This document shows positions 47,769 to 57,779 of a stretch of DNA of 64,000 nt, one piece after another. Within the stretch, counting starts at the first letter, position 1, and each line of letters starts with the position of its first letter. The notes beneath the pieces are model-generated. The model saw only the letters and a list, made by a program, of their open reading frames with translations, ran no database searches and was not told where the DNA came from. Source of the stretch: Hydrolagus colliei. Its lineage: Eukaryota. The position numbers were made by a program, and so were the translations under genes. The stretch spans positions 42,470,001 to 42,534,000 of the forward strand of contig CM068744.1 in NCBI GenBank assembly GCA_035084275.1, written 5' to 3'.

Positions 47769-48185
47769 GTCCCTTCGTGGTCGCCAATTTGTTGGGATAT
47801 ATCAATCCCGAGAGTTCGAAATGATGACTCAACAATCCTTAATAAAGGTATAATAGTTTATTGATTATGAGATTACGAGTAGTGATAGAAGGATAGAATA
47901 TATGAGTAAATAATGATTATACTACCAGTTATACGGGTAGAAGCAGGATCCAAGCAGTCACATAGTTGCGTCAGGTTCAGGCTCCCTCTCAATACTCACC
48001 CGTCCTTAATCAATACTGACTCAAATATAACTTTTCATGTCTCCAAGTATCCCACTTATACTAAAATCCCCCTTGAACCTTGATCAGGTCTGTTTTTAAT
48101 TAAATTCTAAACTCAAGTGGTCTCTTTGTCCTGTCTCTTTGGATAGATAAGGTTATGGTGTCTTAGTCCATCCGGTACCTCCAGA
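47769..48185 (-). mobile_element. LTR 3' end followed by a tRNA-Arg(TCG)-type PBS
   Basis: Minus strand ...AATAAA...cgggattgatatatcccaaCA-aat-TGGCGACCACGAAGGGAC; end resembles the LTR end at 53278-53348. Confidence 0.7.
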
Positions 48186-48189
48186 TGGT

Positions 48190-48890
48190 TTTTATCTGGT
48201 CTTCCAACTGCCTTCCACCACCTTCGCAACATTGTCAGATTCCGCCACTGCCTCACCTCTCAGGCTGCCGAAATTCTCATCCATGCATTCGTCACATAAA
48301 GGCTTGACAATGGAAACTCCCTCCTCATTGGCCTTCCTGGTTCTTCCCTTCACAAGCTGCAGATCATCCAGAACTCTGCAGCTCGTGTCCTCACCCGCAA
48401 CAAGCACCATAACCACATCACTCCCACCCTTGCTTGGCTCCATTTGCTCCCCATCCCCTAGAAGATCGTATTCAAGATCATCATCCTCACCTTCAAGGCC
48501 ATTCATGGTCTTAGCCCCCAACCTCTCTGACCTGCTGTCCCCCTATGAATCTACTCACCCCCTCCATTCGGCCTGCTATGGCCTTCTCCATGTTCCCTGG
48601 CTGACCTCCCCTACAATTGGCAGACAGGCTTTCAGCCTCTCTGTCCCCACACTCTGGAACTCCATCCCACAGTACCTTCGCATTGCTCCCTCCCTCGCCT
48701 CCTTCAAGTCCGGTCTCAAGACCCTCCTCTTTGACCTGCCTTCTGCTACCCTACCAACTCTCTCCCTCCTAACCCTCTCCTACCCCTCCACCCCACTCTT
48801 CCCCTCTCCCTTGCTCAGGACCCATCCTGACTTTACGACGCCTAGGGACGTCCTCCCGACGTGAAAGGCACTCTATAAATTTTATTTTTT
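48190..48890 (+). mobile_element. L2 3' fragment
   Basis: HKLQIIQNSAARVL-type reading, LWNSIPQ, gtgaaaggcactctata tail. Confidence 0.85.
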
Positions 48891-49413
48891 TGTTGATACG
48901 CAAATAAAAGGAAATGATAACTGTCCAGCCAATAGAAAACATAAATTTAAGCAACTTGAATTTGATTAAAAAACAAATTGATCTCTAAATTAATATCACA
49001 TGCATGATGACTAAGTAATGGCTGTGGGACACTGCTGTGCACAATTGGCTACCGCGTTTAGCCCATGAGTATGCGGTCAGTTCACTTTGCAGTGTATTCT
49101 ATGGAGCAATTTGAGGTGTCTGCAAGATGTGATGAGACACTGTATCAACTGCACAAATTATTATATTATTCAGTACATTAGAAAGCACATTTAATATGAT
49201 ATCCACATTGTATGTTAACCTATTGTGTTCAATGGGATGGTGGGACGGGCCCACTGTGTCCTTGGGCGTAGCTGCTGTTTTCTTGGGTAATGACATCCCT
49301 TTCATCTCTAATTAATCTCTGAATCGCGATGAGACATTGCTGTTGTGTGAGTGTTAGTTGTTGAAAGGCTTGTGGGCCCTAAATGTCACTGTGTGTGTCT
49401 GTGACACTGTATG

Positions 49414-49735
49414 TCTCCTGTAGCTCAGTGATTAGAGCACTTGCCTTACAAGCATGAGACCTATGTTCGAATCCAGGCAGGTTATGGCAAAACCTTGGGC
49501 AAGTTTCCTCACCCTACACACCTAACAATAATCTGTCCAAAAAAAACCACAATAATGAAAATTGGTCATTTCAGCCCATGACTGTTCCACAGTGGGGATG
49601 CCACTGTGCACGATTGGCTGCCGCGTTTCACCCACAAACATACAATTAATTCACTTTACAGTATATTCTGTGAAGTGCTTTGAGATGACGATAAGATGTG
49701 AAAGGCGCTATATCAAATCCAAGGATTATTATTAC
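49414..49735 (+). mobile_element. tRNA-derived SINE, full length
   Basis: A box, gttcgaatcc B box, core, gtgaaaggcgctatatcaaatccaaggattattatt tail. Confidence 0.88.
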
Positions 49736-50401
49736 AGACCAGCTTCTTTTGATCTGGAAACAAGGGGCAGAGGCCGAGACTATCATAACAATCAAAACAA
49801 GTTAATTTGCTACAATCCCTGGAAGTTGAATCAAGATCCATCTCAGAGACAGAGGTGATCACAGTACGTAAATGGATGCTGTGACAGACTTATATATGGA
49901 AAACTGTTATAAGAAATACAGGCTCCAAAATACAACAGGAACTAAAGCAGTCACCAAGGCCTCCCCAGATCGCAATGCGTTTCCTGGGTATCTATGGAGT
50001 ATGTTACATGCTTTGAATATTTGGGGAAGGACAAACTGTCACAGCACGTGTTTGAGGCCACTCCACATATTATTGGTCAACTCAGGGGCCACCCCAACTA
50101 TTCTTTGAAAAGAGCAATGCAAACAGTCACAATATTACTGAGTAAAAGTTTTTCCCCATAGGAAGTTGTGAATGCATGGTCCATGCAGATACCCAACCTC
50201 AATGTATTAATCTTTTTAAATTGTAAAAATGACATTAGTATAGGATTTAGTGTAAGTTAGTTGTAAATAAATTTGTAAAAGCAAGAAACAAAGTGAAGGT
50301 TGTCTGTATGTTTATGTAATTTATGCATTAAAAAGAAGAGGACCATGGTAGGTCTGACTTTGCTCTGGACGCGGAATATGGCCAGATCCCATCCATGTTA
50401 T

Positions 50402-50700
50402 GGAGTCCTGTACCTCAGTGGTTGGAGCACTTGCCTTGCTAGAGAGAGACCTGGGTTCAATTCCAGGCAGGGTGAGACCTTGGGCAAGTTTCCGTACTCC
50501 ACGTGCCTGATAATAATCCCTCGAAAAAAACATAAAAAATTGTTCATTTCAATCCACAACTGTTTGTGGTACACTGTTAGATGCAATTGGCAGTCGAGCC
50601 CAAAAATATACCATCAATTCCCTTTACAGTATATTCTGTGAAGCGCTTTGAGGTATCCAGAAGATGTGAAAAACATTGGAACAAATATAAGGATTATTAC
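50402..50700 (+). mobile_element. tRNA-derived SINE
   Basis: Head ggagtcctgtacctcagtggttggagcac, core, tail. Confidence 0.8.
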
Positions 50701-51600
50701 ATGGTGATGTCATCCACATGTATGTGGATGACACCGAACTCTATTTTTCCATCTCAATTTGCAATCCCCAGTCCCTGATGTTCTATCAGCCTGCCTGACA
50801 GACATCAGAAGATGTGAAAGGTGCTATATAAAATGCAAGGATTATTATTATTATCATCAGGAGATAGATGAGTGCAAATTTCCTTCAGCTCAATGTTGAC
50901 GCTTGTCTACATCTTCAATCTGATGGCTCTCATCTCCTCCACCTATCCCTAAAAGTCTCTGAACCCATATGCAACTTTGGCGACAGGTTTGACCCCGAAT
51001 TATCCGTGCTATGCCACATCAAGTCCCTCACCAACACTGCTCTCTGATTACCCCAGTCGTTGCTAGACTTCACTAGCTTGCTGACTTGGAGCGGATTGAT
51101 TTCAAGGTCCTCACACTTGTCTTCAAATCCCTCCACTCCTCTGCACCCCACTATCTCTCTGACCTTCTCTCTCCTCACAACAGCACCCATTGCTTTTGCT
51201 CTACTAGGTCTGGCCTCCTCCTTGTCCCCTGAATCCTCCTTTCCACCGTCGGTGGCTATGCCTTCATCGACTATGCCCCGAGGCTCTGGAACTCCTTTTC
51301 TCAATTCTTTTGGCTCACCCCTGGTCTCATTTTCAGGTCACAGCTGAAGACCTGTCTTTTCGACCACGCTTTTGGTCACCTTTTTCCGCCTCCCCCTGAC
51401 TTGGCCCTGGGATCCGTTATTGTGAAGCACTCTGAGATGCCTTCCGGTGTGGAGAGCACTGTATCAATCTGAGTTGTTGTTGTTGTTATATTATTGTGTG
51501 GAAACTTACTGCTTGGTCTGCGGATGACCCCACCCAAAGGGAGCATAGAGGTAGGGAAACAAAGGGCCATGGATGGAGCCCTGCTGTTCCCCGCAGGTGT
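50700..51600. mobile_element. L2 fragments
   Basis: HMYVDDTEL-like; 3' end of the same subfamily as 1486-2043; inverted RT piece at 51500-51600. Confidence 0.7.
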
Positions 51601-51774
51601 CCAATTGGGACTGGAGGTGAAACCATTTGCCAAGATTAAATTGAGCCAGTTAATTAAGTAGACACACACAGTAAACTAACACTGTGTTTAGGTACACACC
51701 CTAAACTCACACGGATTCTAGTTGATGATCAGATTCATCTGGAAGTGTGCGAGCCAGTTCATCAGAAGCAACTG

Positions 51775-51920
51775 CACTCTCATTATCAACAGTGTCACAG
51801 GATCTTTAACACTCCATCTGAACCCTCACACAAAGCATCTCAGTTTATGTCACATTTGAAAGACGGATGACTCTGGCAATATAGCGCTCCCTCAGCACTG
51901 CACTGGAGTGTGATTTCATG
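51775..51920 (+). mobile_element. Deu-domain SINE relic
   Basis: caacagtgtcacaggatctttaacactccatctga...tttgaaagacgg...gcgctccctcagcactgcactggagtg. Confidence 0.6.
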
Positions 51921-52199
51921 TATGATTATGAAGTTAATTTAACAAAACGTTTTTTAAATTAACTACAGATGGTTTAGAACAAACACTAATTAAAAGTAAG
52001 AGATCTAGACAGAATGTATGGTCAGCAACCTTGAGCAAAAGTGAGAGAAACAACCTATCTATCCAAAACACCAGATGCGCATTCTTCTGCCCTGAGACAA
52101 CCTTGGGTACCAATCTGTCCCAGCACTTCCAGAAGCATAGTAAAGAAAACAGTCTTAAGGTACAGATAAGGGCCGTGATACAAAGCACAAATGAATGTG

Positions 52200-53348
52200 T
52201 TAATAGTCTAATCCACTCGGGAGGATATCTAAGGGGGTAAAGATTCGATCCAAAAATGAGACAGGACAAATATCAACCAGCTTGATGCAAGAGTAATTTC
52301 TGGTTAGACCTAGTAACGTGCAGAACAAGTATGGAGGCGGGGGCACTGGGCTAGAAAAAGGTATAACTGGGCACTAGGGTCTAGCGATATATCGATATAT
52401 CGGTTATACCCGATATAATTTTCATTTCGATATGCCGATATAGACATGTGAAAAATATCGATATATCGCGAAATCGATATATCGAGGGGAAAAATCGGAA
52501 TGCGCGCACACTGAACTACAAGACCCAGAATGCTCATCTGTATACACAATGCACAGACCGAGGTGCAAAGCCGCCATATTGTATTCATAGACCTAGAATA
52601 CAATATACAGGTATGCAAGGGGCGTGAGGAGAGAGACGACTGTGGGGGGGTGGGGGGGGGGAGAGAGAGATGGCGGGGGGGAGGTGGGGGGGGGAGACAG
52701 ACGGTGGGGAGAGGGGGAGAGAGACGGCGGGGGGGGGAGAGAGAGTCGGCGGGGGGTGGGGGTGGTGGGGGGGAGTGAGAGACGGCGGGGGGGTGGGGAG
52801 GAGAGAGAGACGGCGGGGGTGGGGGGTAGAGACATGGGTGAGAGATGAGGGGATGTGATAATATACAGATAGATAGAGATGGGGGGGGGTGTGAGAGAGG
52901 AGAGAGACACAGACAGAAAAAGGTCAAATTTCGGTATATCTTGATATGAGCCCATCGATATATCTAAATCGGAAAATTTCCATATCGACGGACGCTACTG
53001 GACACCATTTCTGGAAGGTTGCCAACAGAGAAACCGGGGAGCGAACTGAGCTGGAAAGAGTTATTGGGCTGACTGATCAGAGGTGGCGGAGACTTAAGGT
53101 TACGGAGACCGGTGGTTGCAGACCCAGAAGGCAGCTGAGACTACACCAGGCTTTGCTGTACTTGCTGAAACCAGATTTTTGCTGTATTTGCTGAAACCAG
53201 ACTAAAAGTATACTAGAAATTGGTAATATTGTCTTTTATCATATATCTTTTAATTGTATGTCAATCTTGCTGCACTTAATAAATTTTGACTTCACCAATT
53301 TGGATTGTCGGGTCACATATTGAAATCCTCGGGATTGGAAATCCCAAC
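52200..53348 (+). mobile_element. Probable solo LTR, sense to the host gene, interrupted by a MITE
   Basis: TATAA 52362-52366, AATAAA 53278-53283, terminal cccaaCA with no PBS after it; 5' boundary uncertain. Confidence 0.55.
52375..52997 (-). mobile_element. hAT MITE family A, shorter copy
   Basis: Ends tagggtctagcg / cgacggacgcta; TSD ctgggcac / ctggacac (7/8). Confidence 0.85.
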
Positions 53349-53440
53349 AATAGTTTTCGGCAATAGTTTTCCCTTTAAATCCTCAGATACTTTCCAACCT
53401 TCAGATAAGTTATTATTTATTGATGATTTTTAACTTAAAG

Positions 53441-53782
53441 GTGCTCTTCCTATCCTGGTTCAGTCCCCGAACCTGCAACATGTCACAGAGGGACACCCGG
53501 CCCGGTTACAGTGCTCCATGGAGAAGGCCAACGTGAGCAGCACAGATGTACACTGGTACCGACAACTCCCGGGACAGCAGAGAGAGTGGATTTTAACACA
53601 TGACAGAAATGGCAGGAAGGCAGATCACGAATATGCTAATCAGCGTCTCCAGCCTTCCAGAGTCTCCTCCAATAACACCTACATTCTGATGCTCAGACGC
53701 GTGACACTCAATGATGCTGCTGTCTATCACTGCTGTGTGTGGGGAGATGTCTGTGGGGACGGGACTAAGCTGAACGTAACCA
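53441..53782 (+). CDS. V3 exon: VJ-type domain, paralog of V2
   Basis: taaag| acceptor, 342 nt open, phase 1/1; ALPILVQSP...LQC...VHWYRQLPG...DAAVYHCCVWGDVCGDGTKLNVT; A|gtgagt donor. Confidence 0.9.
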
Positions 53783-54530
53783 GTGAGTAAATTTATACTG
53801 TGTCCAGATTTAACTCTGATTTCATCTTATCAAATGTCCTCAGGAGCTTTGTGCATGTATATATACTAAACTGACACTGTGTGTAGCTGCAGAGTGAGGA
53901 TGGAGCGGCACAGAGTGAGCAGGGAGAGGTTAGGAAGGAGTGACACTGAGTGAGAAGGGAATGGCGCGGACTGGGGAAGGAGTGGTGTGGACTAAGGAGG
54001 GAAGGGCCGGACTGAGGAGGCAGTGGTGTGGAATGCAAAGGGAGTGACACAGAGGAGAGAGAGAGGCGCAGTGTGAGGAGTGAGAGGCTGCTACAAACTA
54101 GACAATAAAACAATCCCAAACCAACTGTAACCCAACCCAACATCAACCTCAGCTTCTGGGGCCAATCCAGGACCGTCGAGCACTTTTGATATCATCCTGA
54201 TGTGAAAATCACAATATAAATATCAGTGTGTATTGTATCATCCGCCCAATCCCCAACTTTAACCTAACCATAACCTAAACCCAATGGCATCCCAGCCACA
54301 GCCCAACCGCAGCCACGACCCCAACAACATCAACAATAAATTGCATTTGTTTAGCACGTTTCACGTCAGTAGGACATCCTACATTGCTTCGTGTGAAATG
54401 AACTGCGTAATGTAAATTAATATACAGGAGCAATCTTATTTTGCTGTTTGTTTACATATGTGACAGTGTGTAATTGTCAGTTATTGTGATGCTCTGATTC
54501 TCTCATTCTCTCCACATTGTCTGGATACAG

Positions 54531-54628
54531 TGAGCAGAGAACAAGTCTGGATCACCATGGGGTCAGCTCTGGGAGGCCTGGCCTGTGTTGGAGCAGCTTT
54601 TCTCATCTACAAGATGTGTGGTTTGTAA
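54531..54628 (+). CDS. Transmembrane exon: (M)SREQVWITMGSALGGLACVGAAFLIYKMC(GL*)
   Basis: Pyrimidine tract plus tacag|; in frame with V3 by phase 1; 22-residue hydrophobic span then K; stop at 54626-54628 if unspliced, or a weak phase-1 donor G|gtttgt after 54620. Confidence 0.75.
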
Positions 54629-55866
54629 AGTAACAGTCCTGTCCATCTGGCTCCATATTCTACCTGAACTAATCCACGTTGAAGGGGAGCTGTCAGACTT
54701 TGGGGAAATGAATGTGACAAATGTAAAGAGTCTTTTTACCAAGTTCCACACAGAACCTAGAAATGACAACTGATTAGTGACAAAAGACACAAAAGGAGGT
54801 TATCATCAGGGGAAACAAGCTGTAATTTAGTGGAGACACCTTACAAACAGGGTTGGAGTGTGGAATGCCTGACTCTTAAAACAGTAGTGACTACTGTGAA
54901 TTAGGTAAATATGGGAGAAAAAATATTTAAGATTTTGTGAAAATCCAGGTCAATTGTATTAGAGAGCTCCAGCAGGGAGCAAGCACGGGCACAGACATGA
55001 TGGGGAGAGAGCATTAATTGGGGTTAGATTAGAGAGCTCCAATGTGGAGCGAGCAGCAACACAGACGGGATAGAGGCTTGGAGCTCCGTGGAATGGTAGA
55101 GCAAGGCACCGAGGAGTTTACTACAGAATCGGTTAAAGAACTGGGTCTTCAGTTGGAAATGAAACGTGCAAAGAGAGAGCAAGGCAGAGGGGCTGAGATA
55201 CGGATTTTCAGAAGTTGGGAATGTAGTGGCTGAAAGTAGAGACATAATGGCAAAAGAGCAGAATAAAGTGATTATGGAGCTCCACTGGGGGAGTGAGCAC
55301 AGACACAAGGGGGCAAATAGTCTCCTCTTGGGCTGTCAATGTGTCTCAGACACCCTGAGAGGGCAGCTCAGCTGGAGATAACGCGAATCTCTCTGCTTCA
55401 GGGATATCACCAGTGAATTAAGCTGTGACCTGTGTGAATAGAAAAATGATTCTGCACGTTTCCTGCTACAATGGCTCTCACCGGCCACAAACCCACTATA
55501 AATATAGTTTCTAGCCCACATGGGGCTCGCTGTTTACCTGACACCACTGTGGGCAGAGTGGCTCTGGACGCACCTGCTCAGGTGCGGTGCAAGCAACAAA
55601 TGGGCTACACTCTGAGATCCATTGTGATTGTCTGTGTGTTTGTCTCTCTGTGAGTGTGTCGGTATCTCTTCTATAGTATGTGTACATCTGTATGTTTGTT
55701 TGAGTGTCTCTTTATGAATGTGTCTCCCTGTCTGTATGTGATGTCTCTCTGTGTCTGTCTATGTGTTTGAGAGAGCTTATTTGTGAGACAGTGTGTGTGT
55801 ACGTGTGTGTCCAGCTGAGAATGTATCTCTGTGTGAGTGAGTGTGTCTCTCTGAGTGTATATAGCT

Positions 55867-56443
55867 CACTGAACTAAAATGCTCATCTCTATACACAGAA
55901 CGAGGTGTCGCCATCAAGCCGCCATATTACGTAGTCCTCGAGTACAATATACAGGTATACAAGGGGTGGGGGGAGAGGAGGGGAGAGGGGGGAGAGTGGG
56001 GAGAGTGGGGGGGAGACAGAGAGACAGGGAGAGGTGGGGAGAGACAGGGGGACAGGGAGGGAGTGGGGGGGAGAGAGAGAAACAGGGGGAGAGGGGGGGG
56101 TGGGGGGAGAGAGAGAGACAGGCGGAGAGGGGAGAGAGAGGGGGTGGGGGGGAGAGAGAGAGACAGGCGGAGAGGGGAGAGAGAGGGGGTGGGGGGAGAG
56201 AGAGAGATAGGGGGAGAGGGGGAGAGAGACAGCGGGACAGGGAGGGAGGGGGAGAGAGGGAGAGACAGGGGGAGACGGGGGGAGAGAGAGAGACAGGGGG
56301 AGAGGGGGGGGGGGAGAGACGAGTAAAAGGAGGGAGGCGGGGGAGAGAGAGAAAGACAGGGGGAGAGGGGGGAGAGAGGGGGTGGGGAGAGAGAGGGAAT
56401 GTGATAATATATAGTATATATAATAGATGGATAGACAGACTGC

Positions 56444-56480
<37 letters not shown>

Positions 56481-56997
56481 GGGGATGTGAGAGAGGAGAC
56501 AGACACAGACAGAGAGAGAGATGGAGAGAGTGAGTGTGAGAGAAATATTTACCTTCTGAGGAGATAGGCCAACACCTGAGCCAGATCCACATCCTCCCCA
56601 CCTCCCCCTCCCTCCCTCTCTCCCCTGTCACACTCTCTCCCCTCTCTGTCTCTCTCCCCTCTCTCTGTCTCTCTCTCCCCTGTCCCTCTATCTCCCTTGT
56701 CACACTCTCTCTCTCCCCTGTCACACTCTCCCCTGTCACACTCTCTCTGTCTCTCGCTCCCCTGTCCCTCTCTCCCCTGTCCCTCTCTCTCTCTCTCTCT
56801 CTCTGTCCCTCTCTCCCCTCTCTCTGTCCCTCTCGCCCCTCTCTCTGTCTCTCTCTTCCCTGTCCCTTCCTCCCCTGTCCCTCTTTTCCCTGTCACACAC
56901 ACTCGCATCGAGGACCAACCAAAATGGCGACCTCGTAAAATTGGTGGCGACACTTTGTGGGAGAGATGAGCATTCCAGTTCTTTTTTTAGTTCAGTG
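55867..56997. mobile_element. hAT-type MITE family B
   Basis: TIR cactgaacta...aatgctcatctct at both ends; 8-bp TSD atatagct / atagagct (7/8); G-rich minisatellite, (GATT)n and C-rich tract inside. Confidence 0.8.
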
Positions 56998-57282
56998 ATA
57001 GAGCTCTATGATGTGTGCGTATGTCTGTCTGGGTCTCTGTAACTTTTGGTGCGTGCCCTGAGAGGCAGGATGTGGTAAGCTCCTGTAGCCTCGTTGGTGA
57101 CATTCTCCCGAACCCCACAAAAAATAAATGGCCTCCCAGTTTGTGTTCAAGATGTATTGAATACTTTTATTGCAACAATCTAATATGTAATATAAATGTA
57201 ATATTGATTGATTGCTCGATTGATTGCTTGATTGATTCATGTGTTTTTCCTTCTGTTTAGCTTTTATTAATAAAGTTTTAAA

Positions 57283-57740
57283 ACTACTAATAACTTTTGC
57301 ATTTGATACAGTGCCTTAGCACATCTCAAAGTGCTTCACAGAATATATTATGAAATGCATCGACTATATTTTATGATAATAATCCTTGCTGTTGATATGG
57401 CACTTTTCATGTCTTTGGGACGTGTAAAAGCGCGTCATTAAATATGCTGTACAGAATGTGAGACATCCTCCCAACCTGAAACGCATTACACAAATGCAGT
57501 TTTGCTGTTGCTGTGATTGTTGTTTTGTGGGAAAAACTCAGCAACCAGTTGTGCAGCGCAGTATCCCACAAACAGTCGTCATTTTGAGTAAACAAATTTT
57601 GATAGATTTTTTTTTCTTGAGTGATAATTATCAGGTGTGGGGTAAGGAAACTTCACCGTTGTTTTGTGCTTCTGGGAATTGAACCCAGGTCTCTCGCTTG
57701 TGAGGCGACAACTCTAACCACTGAGCTAGAGGACTTCATG
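57283..57740 (-). mobile_element. Nested SINE and tail fragments
   Basis: Two to three tail starts plus core and tRNA-like head. Confidence 0.7.
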
Positions 57741-57779
57741 TAGCAGTGTATCTCAATAGCATCAATCAACAGTATCTTG

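Noticed and set aside
47769-47786. tRNA-Arg gene fragment
   Set aside because: Only the 3' 18 nt with encoded CCA next to an LTR end, which is the signature of a PBS
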